Source: Phycisphaera mikurensis NBRC 102666 (lineage in GTDB: Bacteria; Planctomycetota; Phycisphaerae; Phycisphaerales; Phycisphaeraceae). From it: a DNA stretch of 32,000 bases. Position 1 is the first letter of the stretch. The number at the start of each line of letters is the position of its first letter. Position numbers and translations under genes: made by a program. Below the pieces are notes generated by a model, which saw nothing but the letters and a program-made list of their open reading frames with translations, made no database searches and was not told where the DNA came from. The stretch is from contig NC_017080.1 in NCBI RefSeq assembly GCF_000284115.1, forward strand, positions 3,771,226 to 3,803,225. The letters run 5' to 3'. Below, piece by piece: positions 24,597 to 32,000 of the stretch.

Positions 24597-24603
24597 GGGA
24601 TTT

Positions 24604-24630
24604 CCCTCAGTATGAGGGCGTAGATTCTTT
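24604..24630 (+). terminator. Candidate intrinsic terminator after the arfB-nudix pair
   Basis: ccctca-gta-tgaggg hairpin followed by the U-rich cgtagattcttt, 8 nt after the stop. Confidence 0.4.
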
Positions 24631-24844
24631 GCCCGCGGAGCGCCGGGCGGGCGTTAGACTCGGCGTTTCAAGCCGAGACGAACCCGCCCGCCGTGCGTTA
24701 CGCGGCCCAGGCCGCTCCTCTCCCGCACCGGAGGCTCATCATGATCTTGGGGGACTCCCGAGGCGCTCCAACACAACGGCGGTCGACCCCGCACGCGGCA
24801 ATCCGCGTCGGCCGAACCGCCGCGGGGCCGCGAGGCGGTGCCGC

Positions 24845-25897
24845 TTGATCGGCCCGCTCCATGGGAAGGCCTGGGTGCGTCACCTCCTCGCGCACGTCCG
24901 CTGCGACGCCGCCGTGCTCGGGGTGACCGACGGCGGCGAGGCCGCGGACCGCTCGATTCTCGGTCTGTTGAACGCGACCCCCGCCTCGGCGCAGTCCTGG
25001 TGCGAGGGGCCGGATCCGCTGCTCGCCGAGGCGCAGGCCGACGGGCTCGCGACGAGGAACCGCGGGCGCTGCGTGCGCGCGACCGGCCCGCTGGGCGACC
25101 TCCACGAGGCGGTCATCGCGACCCAGCACTTCTGGCCGGGCACGACGCGGCGGTGGTTCCTGCTCGCGGGCCGGCGCGGCGGCGGCTTCAACCCCGCCGA
25201 GCGCGAGCGGCTGGGGCTGGCCCTCACCGGCATCCGCGACGGCTTCATGACGCCGCGTGAGGCGGGGCTCTCGCAGACGGTCCTGCGGGAGGACGGGGAC
25301 CTCGTGCTCATGGATGCGCCCGCCGGCCTGGTGGAGTCCCAACGGCCCGCGACCCGGGGCCTGCGTCACGCCTGCGTGCAACGCGCGGCGAGCGAGCGCT
25401 GGGGCGGGCGGAAGCAGCGGCTCCGCACGCCGCGTGACCTGATCGTCGACCTCGAGGACGGGCTCGGCGCCGTCTGGCTGCGGACCTACCGCTGGTCGCC
25501 CGCGCCGGGCCTGCCGCGGCTGCACTGGGTGCAGCAGCGGCCGGTGGGCGAGCCGGGCCCGCCGCCGGTGGGCGAGCCCGGCGACCTCCGCATCGCCCGG
25601 GCCCTCGCGGTGCTCGGCGACCGGTACCCCGACCCGCCCGGGCTCGGGGCGCTCTCCGAGGAGCTCGGTCTGAGCATGTACCACTTCCAGCGCCTGTTCA
25701 AGGCCGGCGTCGGGTGCTCACCCAAGCAGTACGTGCTCCGGATCCAGCTGATGATGGCTTGCTGGCTGCTGCGGACGACCGGACGCTCCATCGGCGACAT
25801 CGCGGTGTCGACCGGCTTCGGGTCGCCGGGTCACTTCTCCTCGACCTTCCGGGACCACGCGAAGAGAAGCCCGAGCGACTACCGGGCGGCCGGGTGA
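24845..25897 (+). CDS. AraC-family transcriptional regulator with an unrecognised N-terminal sensor domain
   Basis: C-terminal HTH: LSEELGLSMYHFQRLFKAGVGCSPKQYVLRIQLMMACWLLRTTGRSIGDIAVSTGFGSPGHFSSTFRDHAKRSPSDYR. No ATG lies in frame near the 5' end, so TTG 24845 or GTG 24875 are the candidate starts. Confidence 0.7.
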   Translation: MIGPLHGKAWVRHLLAHVRCDAAVLGVTDGGEAADRSILGLLNATPASAQSWCEGPDPLLAEAQADGLATRNRGRCVRATGPLGDLHEAVIATQHFWPGTTRRWFLLAGRRGGGFNPAERERLGLALTGIRDGFMTPREAGLSQTVLREDGDLVLMDAPAGLVESQRPATRGLRHACVQRAASERWGGRKQRLRTPRDLIVDLEDGLGAVWLRTYRWSPAPGLPRLHWVQQRPVGEPGPPPVGEPGDLRIARALAVLGDRYPDPPGLGALSEELGLSMYHFQRLFKAGVGCSPKQYVLRIQLMMACWLLRTTGRSIGDIAVSTGFGSPGHFSSTFRDHAKRSPSDYRAAG

Positions 25898-26074
25898 GAG
25901 CTCCGCCGGGCCCGGCGCCGGGGTGCCGCGAGAACCCGCGAGCGCCGCTCCGCCTTCGCGAGTCCCCGCCATTGGGGCGAGCCCCGCTCTCGACCCGAAA
26001 CAACCCTTCCCGCGGCGGAGGCGTATCGTGCACGCCGCGCCCGCCCCCGCCTCTCCTTCAGGACGACGACGACG

Positions 26075-26521
26075 ATGACCACCCCGCCCGAAGCCACGAA
26101 CCTCCCGCTGCCCCCGCGTCGTCGCCTCCTCGCGTCCGCCGTCCTGCCGGCGCTCGCCCTCGCGGCCGTCCTGCTGCCCTCCGCGGGCTGCTCGGCCGAC
26201 AAGCACACCTTCTACTCGACCACGACGGCCCCCAAGTCGGTGGACGTGCGCTACGTCGAGAGCGGCCAGACCGCTTGGTCGAAGGACATCCCCGAGGGCC
26301 ACGAGCTGACGCTGAACTTCAACCGGCCCGGCGAGGGCCTCTTCCGCTCGATGCCCAAGACGCCGGCGACGAAGATGAAGTGGAAGCTGAAGCAGGTCTC
26401 CGCCGGCAGCGACGACCGCGGGCGGCCGACCGACGACCGACAGAACGACTCGGGCACGGTCGACCTCGACGGCCTGCCGATCCAGATGGACGTCCGCGTC
26501 GACGTGGACGCCGCCGGGTGA
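26075..26521 (+). CDS. Lipoprotein, function unknown
   Basis: Signal peptide with a lipobox (LAAVLLPSAGC). 148 aa with good coding composition. Confidence 0.65.
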   Translation: MTTPPEATNLPLPPRRRLLASAVLPALALAAVLLPSAGCSADKHTFYSTTTAPKSVDVRYVESGQTAWSKDIPEGHELTLNFNRPGEGLFRSMPKTPATKMKWKLKQVSAGSDDRGRPTDDRQNDSGTVDLDGLPIQMDVRVDVDAAG

Positions 26522-27312
26522 GCGCCCCGCCGCCGCGGACCGTGGGGCAAGAACGCCGCCCGGACCCGCGGTCCGCGGCCTCCGGCCGCGCGGCGCTCGC
26601 CGCGGCCGCGGCCGTGGCGGCGGCCGCGGGCGTCGCCGTGCGTGTCGACGCCCAGTTCCTGCCCGACCCCGCGGCGGGCACGGAAGCCGGCAGCGCCACC
26701 CCCTACACCGAGCAGACGGTCGGCGACGTCGACCCGCTCGCGCGGTCGCTGCGTTTCATCGACCCCGCGCAGGCCGCCGACGTGATGCGCGACCGCGTTC
26801 TGCGGGCCCGGGCGGTCGACCCGCTCGCCCCCGGCGACGGAGGCGGCGTGTCCGGGCGCGGCTTCCTCTACCGCGCCCCGGGCGTGCGTGCCCGCTTCGC
26901 GCGGCCCGTGTACCGGACGTGGACCGCGTACGGCGAGACCCTCAACGGCACCCCCGCGCGGCAGGGCGATTTCGAGGAAGTCATCCCGCCGGACACCGTC
27001 TTCGACCTGACGCTGCCCCCCCGGCCGACCGCCGAGCTGACGCCCTTCAGCGCCGGCATGGTCGCCGAGCACCGGCTCCCGCTCGCGCAGCCGGCCCCGC
27101 CGATGGACCGCCGGATCGTCGCCCCGGCGCTGGGCGTGGGCGCGCGGCCGCCCGGGGAGCGGAGCCTTCCCCCGCGGAGCCCCGACCCGGAAGCGGCCGC
27201 CCAGCCGCGGCGGCTGCAGCCGTGGGTGCGTGTGGAGCGGGACGCGGAGGGGCGGCTGCGGGTGGTGGAAGCGGACGCGCCGGAGGCGCGGCCCCCCGCG
27301 TCGGAGCCCTGA
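26518..27312 (+). CDS. Secreted hypothetical protein, translationally coupled to the lipoprotein gene (GTGA overlap)
   Basis: The GTG at 26518 lies in the 25714..27312 frame. The N-terminal signal-like segment is AALAAAAAVAAAAGVAVRVDAQ. The rest has moderate complexity (..FLYRAPGVRARFARPVYRTWTAYGETLNG..). Confidence 0.5.
   Translation: MSAPPPRTVGQERRPDPRSAASGRAALAAAAAVAAAAGVAVRVDAQFLPDPAAGTEAGSATPYTEQTVGDVDPLARSLRFIDPAQAADVMRDRVLRARAVDPLAPGDGGGVSGRGFLYRAPGVRARFARPVYRTWTAYGETLNGTPARQGDFEEVIPPDTVFDLTLPPRPTAELTPFSAGMVAEHRLPLAQPAPPMDRRIVAPALGVGARPPGERSLPPRSPDPEAAAQPRRLQPWVRVERDAEGRLRVVEADAPEARPPASEP
26533..26578. repeat. Paired palindrome element: CCGCGGACCGtGG (26533-26545) and CCGCGGTCCGCGG (26566-26578), centres 33 bp apart
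   Basis: Read directly. It starts 12 nt after the lipoprotein stop, inside the first ~20 codons of the next CDS (read as PPRTVG...PRSAA). Confidence 0.8.
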
Positions 27313-27405
27313 GCGCGAGTCGCTCCCGGCCCGGACGCCGCGGCCGGTCGCGGCGAACCGAGCTCCGGGCGTCCGCGAACGTGGCTGCCGGCCTCCAACG
27401 CCCCG

Positions 27406-28152
27406 TCACCCGTCTCCCGTCGGGTGGAGCGCCTCCCGCAGCGCGCGATCGATGACCCCGAAGCCGAAGCCCCGCCGGGCCAGCTGCCCCTGCAGCCGCC
27501 GCCGCCGGGCCTGGGGGTCGAGGCGCTGCATCGACGGCGTCGAGGCCTTCTTAACGGCGAAGGCGATCGCCTCGGCGTCCACGTCCTCGCCGGCCTCCGC
27601 CCGCTGCTTCCGGTCGTCGCGGTGCTCGGCGAGCACGGCGTCGGCGACGCCGCGGGGCACCCGCTTCTCCATCAGCTTCTGCCGCAGCAGCCGCTCGCCG
27701 GCGGGCTTGGCCCGGAGCGTCTCGCGGACGAGGGCGCGGGCGAACGCGGCGTCGTCGAGCAGGCCCAGCCGGCCCACGCGGTCCAGGGCGGAGCCGACCG
27801 CCTCGGGCTCGTGGCCGGCGCGGCGGAGGCGGTCGGCGAGCATCCCGCGGCTCATCGCGCGGCTGCCGATGCGGTTGCAGGCCGAGCGAAAGGCTCTGTC
27901 GTGCCCGGCGGCGCGGGTGACGGCCTCCGCCAGCGCCGCCGTCCACGCCAGGTCCGGCTCGAGGCGAAGCTCCTGCGCCCGCTCCACCGGGAGCGTCGCC
28001 ACGACGCGGCCCTTGCTCGCCCGGCGTCCCTCCGCCGCCGGCCAGCCCACCCGCACCGTCACCCGCCCGGGGTCCCGCTGCGTCGGCCGCAGCTCGCGGA
28101 TGACGCGTCCCACGGCGAACGCCTCGCCTCCGGGATGGGGTTCTTCGGGCAC
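27406..28152 (-). CDS. recX: RecX-family regulatory protein
   Basis: 248 aa with repeated three-helix RecX-like segments (..LLDDAAFARALVRETLR.., ..LRQKLMEKRVPRGVADAVL.., ..RRRLQGQLARRGFGFGVIDRALRE). Confidence 0.75.
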   Translation of the reverse strand: MPEEPHPGGEAFAVGRVIRELRPTQRDPGRVTVRVGWPAAEGRRASKGRVVATLPVERAQELRLEPDLAWTAALAEAVTRAAGHDRAFRSACNRIGSRAMSRGMLADRLRRAGHEPEAVGSALDRVGRLGLLDDAAFARALVRETLRAKPAGERLLRQKLMEKRVPRGVADAVLAEHRDDRKQRAEAGEDVDAEAIAFAVKKASTPSMQRLDPQARRRRLQGQLARRGFGFGVIDRALREALHPTGDG

Positions 28153-28299
28153 GGGACGACCGTACCGCTCCCGGGCCGCGGTTTCCCGGGAGCCGGGCGG
28201 AGCGAGCGGATCGACCCACGCCGCGGGGCTCGGAGGATCCAGCGTCCGAGCCGGGGCACCCCCGCGGCTGCGCTTCTGGCGGAGCCCCCGGGCAGCGGT

Positions 28300-29145
28300 T
28301 CAGCCCGGCTGGCACGCCACGCAGTGCACGGTCGCCCGCTGCGCCAGCCGCGACGCCACGAGCGGCGAGCCGCAGGCCGTGCACGGCCGGCCGCCGCGGC
28401 CGTAGACGCGGTGCTCGCGCTGGGCGGTGCCGGCCTCGCCGTCGACCCCGGCGTGGTCGCGCAGGGTGGAGCCGCCCAGCGCGACCGCGCGGCGGAGGAC
28501 CGCCCGGATGCCGCGGACCAGCGCCTGGATCCGGTCCGCGGGCACGCGGTCCGCGGGCAGGTGCGGGGCGAGGCGGGCGGCGAAGCAGGCCTCGTCGGCG
28601 TAGATGTTGCCCAGGCCGGCGAGCACGGACTGGTCGAGCAGGGCCGCCTTGAGCGGGCGGCGGGTGCGGGCGAGGGCGGCCCGGAGCGGGGCCGTCCGGG
28701 CGTCGAGCGCGTCGGGTCCCAGGGCGGCGAAGCGGCGGGCTCGGAGGTCGGCCAGGCTGGGGTGGACGCCCAGGCCGCCGAAGCGGCGCGGGTCGACGAA
28801 GCGCAGCTCCGCGCCGCTCCCGAGCGTCCAGCGGGCGTGCGTGTGCGGCGGGACGGGTTCGGCCGCCGCGTCGGCCACGAACCGCAGCCCGCCGGACATC
28901 CCCAGGTGGACCCACACCGCCCCGCCGGCGGCGCCCTCGATCGCCAGCTGCTTCCCGTGCCGGTGCACCCCCGCGACGACGTCGCCGGCGAGCAGCTGCC
29001 CGGGGGCGGGCGTCGCGTAGACGCGGCGGGCCAGCGAGGCCCGCACCACCGGGTGCGGGCCGAGCGTGACGCCGGCCACCCGGCGGCCGGTGAGGCGGGC
29101 GGCGAGCCCGCGGCGGACCGTCTCGACCTCGGGCAGCTCCGGCAC
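28300..29145 (-). CDS. mutM: Formamidopyrimidine-DNA glycosylase (Fpg/MutM)
   Basis: The GTG at 29145 gives the canonical (M)PELPEVETVRRGL N-terminus. The H2TH region is LLDQSVLAGLGNIYADEACF. The C-terminal zinc finger is GRPCTACGSPL...RATVHCVACQ. Confidence 0.9.
   Translation of the reverse strand: MPELPEVETVRRGLAARLTGRRVAGVTLGPHPVVRASLARRVYATPAPGQLLAGDVVAGVHRHGKQLAIEGAAGGAVWVHLGMSGGLRFVADAAAEPVPPHTHARWTLGSGAELRFVDPRRFGGLGVHPSLADLRARRFAALGPDALDARTAPLRAALARTRRPLKAALLDQSVLAGLGNIYADEACFAARLAPHLPADRVPADRIQALVRGIRAVLRRAVALGGSTLRDHAGVDGEAGTAQREHRVYGRGGRPCTACGSPLVASRLAQRATVHCVACQPG
28511..28556. repeat. Paired palindrome element inside mutM: CCGCGGACCagcG (28511-28523) and aCGCGGTCCGCGG (28544-28556), centres 33 bp apart; an extra partial copy lies at 28531-28541
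   Basis: Read directly. In the mutM frame it is read as ..LPADRVPADRIQALVRG.., which lies in a variable linker of Fpg. Confidence 0.75.
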
Positions 29146-29199
29146 GGCGGAAGGTAGCGCCGGGCCGGCCCGGCCCCCCCGAGGCCGTACCGTCCGCTC

Positions 29200-30423
29200 A
29201 TGCTGATCCTCCCGATGCTCGCCGCGATGGCTCCCGTCGCCGACCCCGACGCCGTGCGCCCGCCGGCCACCACCGCCGATTGGGTCATGCTCGGCGTGTA
29301 CCTCGGCCTCGCCGTGGGCGTGTCCTTCCTCTGCTCGCTGCTGGAGGCCGGGCTGCTCTCGGTGAGCGCGGGCTACGTGGGCAGCCTCGAGGCCGAGGGC
29401 AGCAAGACCGGCGAGCGGCTGGCGCGGATGAAGCAGTCGATCGACAGGCCGCTGGCGGCGATCCTCACGCTCAACACGATCGCTCACACGGTCGGCGCCG
29501 CCGGCGTGGGGGCGCAGTCGCTGAAGATCTTCGGGTCCGAGTGGGTGGCCGCGACCTCGGCGATCGTCACGCTGCTGATCCTGGTCTTCTCGGAGATCAT
29601 CCCCAAGAGCCTGGGCGCGGCCAACGCCAACCGGCTCGCGCCGTTCACGGCGAGCGTCGTGTCGTTCCTGACCTGGTCGATGTTCCTGATCATCACGCCG
29701 CTGCAGTGGATCTCGAGCTTGTTCGGCGGCGGCCACAAGGAGGCTCTTTCTCGCGCCGAGGTCGCGTCGATGGCGGAGATCGGGCTCGCCGACGGGGCGC
29801 TCAAGCCCGAGGAAAGCCGCGTGATCCAGAACCTGATCAGCCTCTCGGAGGTGCTGGTCTCGGACATCATGACCCCGCGGACCGTGGCCTTCGCCCTCGC
29901 CGACACCACCACGGTCGCCCAGGCCGTCGAGGAGAAAGGGCCCCTGCGCTTTTCGCGGATCCCGGTCTTCAAGGAGGACATGGACCACTGCCTGGGCCTG
30001 GTCACGCGCAGCGAGATCCTCCACGCCCACGCCGAGGGCAAGCTCGACACGCCGCTGGCCGAGCTGGTGAGCCCGATCTCGCGGGTGAGCCACGAGCTCG
30101 ACGTCTCCACCCTGCTCCGCCGGCTGATCACCGGGAACGAGCACCTGATGCTGGTGACCGACGAGTTCGGCAGCACCGACGGGCTCGTGTCGCTGGAGGA
30201 CTGCCTGGAGACGCTGCTGGGCACGGAGATCGTCGACGAGACCGACGGCCACGCGGACATGCGCGAGCTCGCCCGCGAGCTCATGAAGAAGCGGCGGGGC
30301 AAGGCGGAGCTGATTGCCGCCCCGCCGCCGTCCGCCCCCGGCGCGGCCGACGTGCTCGAGGCCGATCCGCAGCGGCCCGACCCCGAGCCGGGCATCGGCT
30401 CGGGCGACAAGCCGCCTTCCTGA
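29200..30423 (+). CDS. CNNM/DUF21 plus CBS-pair domain transporter (CorB/TlyC hemolysin-like family)
   Basis: DUF21 TM region with LLEAGLLSVS...TLNTIAHTVGAAGVGA...SEIIPKSLG. The CBS region reads VLVSDIMTPRTV...RIPVF...LMLVTDEFGSTDGLVSLEDCLETLLGTEIVDE. Confidence 0.85.
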   Translation: MLILPMLAAMAPVADPDAVRPPATTADWVMLGVYLGLAVGVSFLCSLLEAGLLSVSAGYVGSLEAEGSKTGERLARMKQSIDRPLAAILTLNTIAHTVGAAGVGAQSLKIFGSEWVAATSAIVTLLILVFSEIIPKSLGAANANRLAPFTASVVSFLTWSMFLIITPLQWISSLFGGGHKEALSRAEVASMAEIGLADGALKPEESRVIQNLISLSEVLVSDIMTPRTVAFALADTTTVAQAVEEKGPLRFSRIPVFKEDMDHCLGLVTRSEILHAHAEGKLDTPLAELVSPISRVSHELDVSTLLRRLITGNEHLMLVTDEFGSTDGLVSLEDCLETLLGTEIVDETDGHADMRELARELMKKRRGKAELIAAPPPSAPGAADVLEADPQRPDPEPGIGSGDKPPS

Positions 30424-30447
30424 GCCCGCCGCCGGGCCGGCCCCGGC

Positions 30448-31713
30448 TTAGCCGCTGCCGCGGAGCAGCGCCCGCAGCCGGGCGGCGAGCGCGGGCCCGG
30501 GCGTGCGGTCGCGGCGGGCCAGCTGGCGTCCGACGGCGGTGAGGAACGCTTCCTCCCGCATCGCCGCCGGGCCGGCGTCGGTCGTGAACGTCATCGGCGG
30601 GACGAAGGACGGGGCGATGGCGGAACCCGCAAGGCAGGCCCCGGTGCCGACGCAGCAGCCGGTGGGCAGGCGGGTGCCGATCGCGGTCTTGACGAAGTCG
30701 CCGACGATCGGGCCTTGCGAGGAGCGGCCGGTGTCCTCCCGATCGGCGTCGGCGGCGAGCTTCACGCGGACCGGGCCGTAGGTGTTCTTCAGATTGGAGG
30801 CGGTGGTGCCGGCGCCGAAGTTGCACCAGGCGCCGACGACCGCGTCGCCCAGGTAGCCGCCGTGGGCCTTGTTGCTGTGGGCGCCCACGATCGCGGCCTT
30901 CACCTCGCCGCCCACCTTGCCGCCGAGGCCCAGCGCGACCGGTCCGCGGAGCTGCGTGTGCGGGGCGACGACGACGCCCCGGCCGATCCACACCGGGCCG
31001 ATGATCACCGCCAGCGCCTGCACCGCGGCGCCCGCCTCGATCACCACCGGCCCGGCGCCGCCGTCGATCACCGCCGACGGGTGGATGCTCGCTTCGGGGT
31101 GGGCGTGGACGCCCTCGCCGCGGGCGGGGTCGTCCTCGTCGGGGCCGCCCGGGAGCCAGGCGTCGGCGTCCACCGCGAGCCCGAGCGCGAGGCGATCGAG
31201 CAGGTCCCACGGGCGGCGCACGGCGGCGGCTTCGCCCAGCCGCCCGGCCGCGCGGCAGCCCTCCGGGACGCCGGCGAAGCCCGAAGCCGCCCAGGCCGCC
31301 GCGGCCGCGGCCGCGGCGACGACGCCGAGCACCGCCCCGTCGGCGTCCACGAGCGCCTCGCCGACGCCCAGCCCCGCGAGCCGCCGCGCGACCGCGGCGT
31401 CGAGCCCGTCCCAGCGGCCGTTGACCGCGAGGACGGCCCCCTCCGGCGGGGCCTCCGGGTTCACGGCCGCGCCGCCGCCCGCCCCGGCCTCCCGCTCCGC
31501 CTGCAGCGCCGCCAGCCCCCCGGGCACCCACACCGCGGCGGCGCGGCGGCCCAGCCGGCCTTCCTGCCGGCGGCGCAGCGTCCGGCCGCCGGCCGGGAGC
31601 TCGAACGCCGGCCGCAGGTCCGTCAGCGGGCCGAAGCGGCCGAGGCCGTCGTCGAAGAGCCACAGCGGGCGGATCGGGGCGTCGTCGGGTGCAGCGTCCA
31701 CCGGGTGCGTCAT
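30448..31713 (-). CDS. Putative sugar nucleotidyltransferase with left-handed beta-helix (GlmU-like, alt_bact_glmU type)
   Basis: Starts at the internal ATG at 31713 of the 30448..31977 ORF. The N-terminus LWLFDDGLGRFGPLTDLRPAFEL is typical of this family. The C-terminal hexapeptide-repeat region reads IGPVWIGRGVVVAPHTQLRGPVALG...GAHSNKAHGGYLGDAVVGAWCNFGAGTTASNLKNTYG. Confidence 0.7.
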   Translation of the reverse strand: MTHPVDAAPDDAPIRPLWLFDDGLGRFGPLTDLRPAFELPAGGRTLRRRQEGRLGRRAAAVWVPGGLAALQAEREAGAGGGAAVNPEAPPEGAVLAVNGRWDGLDAAVARRLAGLGVGEALVDADGAVLGVVAAAAAAAAWAASGFAGVPEGCRAAGRLGEAAAVRRPWDLLDRLALGLAVDADAWLPGGPDEDDPARGEGVHAHPEASIHPSAVIDGGAGPVVIEAGAAVQALAVIIGPVWIGRGVVVAPHTQLRGPVALGLGGKVGGEVKAAIVGAHSNKAHGGYLGDAVVGAWCNFGAGTTASNLKNTYGPVRVKLAADADREDTGRSSQGPIVGDFVKTAIGTRLPTGCCVGTGACLAGSAIAPSFVPPMTFTTDAGPAAMREEAFLTAVGRQLARRDRTPGPALAARLRALLRGSG

Positions 31714-32000
31714 GCCCGGGTTGTACGCGGTCGCGGCCCGGGTTGCCGCCCCGATCGCCGCCGCCGTGTCGGCGTTGCGGCCGTGCGATCCGCCGGGAAC
31801 GCGGTTCCCGCCCCGGCCTGCGGGCAACGCTTTGACACCCCCCGGAGCCGTCTCTACGGTGCCGGGCGGCCCCGCCGAGTCCGCGTTTTTCCCGCAACGA
31901 CGCCACGAACACCGCCCCGAACGCCGGCTTTCGCCCGCCGGCCGGCGATCCCCTTGCCGCCGCGGCCGCGCCCCCACGGCCCCGCTCCGCTCCTTGACCA

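Noticed and set aside
27424-30542. Long alternative-frame ORFs over recX, mutM and CNNM (27424..29157, 27551..28915, 28059..29288, 28300..30252 N-terminal part, 29280..30542)
   Set aside because: They have off-frame composition. The chosen frames carry PELPEVE plus a zinc finger (MutM), the RecX repeats and DUF21/CBS motifs. The mutM start is fixed by the canonical PELPEVE N-terminus at 29145.

Overview
This is a very GC-rich bacterial chromosomal window. GC content was not computed, but third codon positions are almost all G/C. Because of that bias, the ORF track holds many long spurious off-frame ORFs that are rich in R, G, P and A. I chose frames by amino-acid composition and by motifs I recognise. 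No similarity search was possible, so every product call is motif-based.

About 30 credible genes are present, in this order:
- A partial rhomboid protease, a zinc-ribbon membrane protein, a hexose-6-P mutarotase, a LOG-family enzyme and a short carbonic-anhydrase-like remnant.
- A glycan-degradation cluster: a GHL6-like hydrolase, a secreted GH16, an AraC regulator, a PhyH-type dioxygenase, a PEP-CTERM-like secreted protein and a clan GH-A hydrolase. A DedA/TVP38 membrane protein sits among them.
- An SPL-like radical SAM enzyme.
- A decayed mobile/defence patch at about 13.6-18.5 kb. It holds an intact vapBC, a truncated ORF and an IS256-family element. It also holds a RAYT (REP-associated tyrosine transposase) flanked by REPIN hairpin repeats, including a 5-copy 96-bp tandem array. 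The patch ends with an hsdS remnant, an odd low-GC CTCGAGAAT repeat, hicB/hicA-like remnants and two 32-bp direct repeats.
- groES-groEL with an atypical receiver-domain gene upstream, and a large polytopic membrane protein ending in a 33-bp x5 tandem repeat.
- arfB, a NUDIX hydrolase, a second AraC-type regulator, a lipoprotein plus secreted-protein pair, recX, mutM, a CNNM/CBS transporter and a GlmU-like nucleotidyltransferase.

The signals I consider most worth a second look:
1. A palindrome CCGCGG-W-CCGCGG recurs as pairs spaced exactly 33 bp apart at five to six loci.
2. The REPIN-RAYT system, which shows higher-order repeat structure and a compensatory covariation.
3. The 33-bp tandem repeat, which places five in-frame TGAs after one gene and builds a Met-initiated repeat uORF just upstream of arfB.

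The lineage guess is Planctomycetota/Phycisphaerae-like. It rests on the PEP-CTERM-like tail, the GH16 and the extreme GC, and it is weak inference only.
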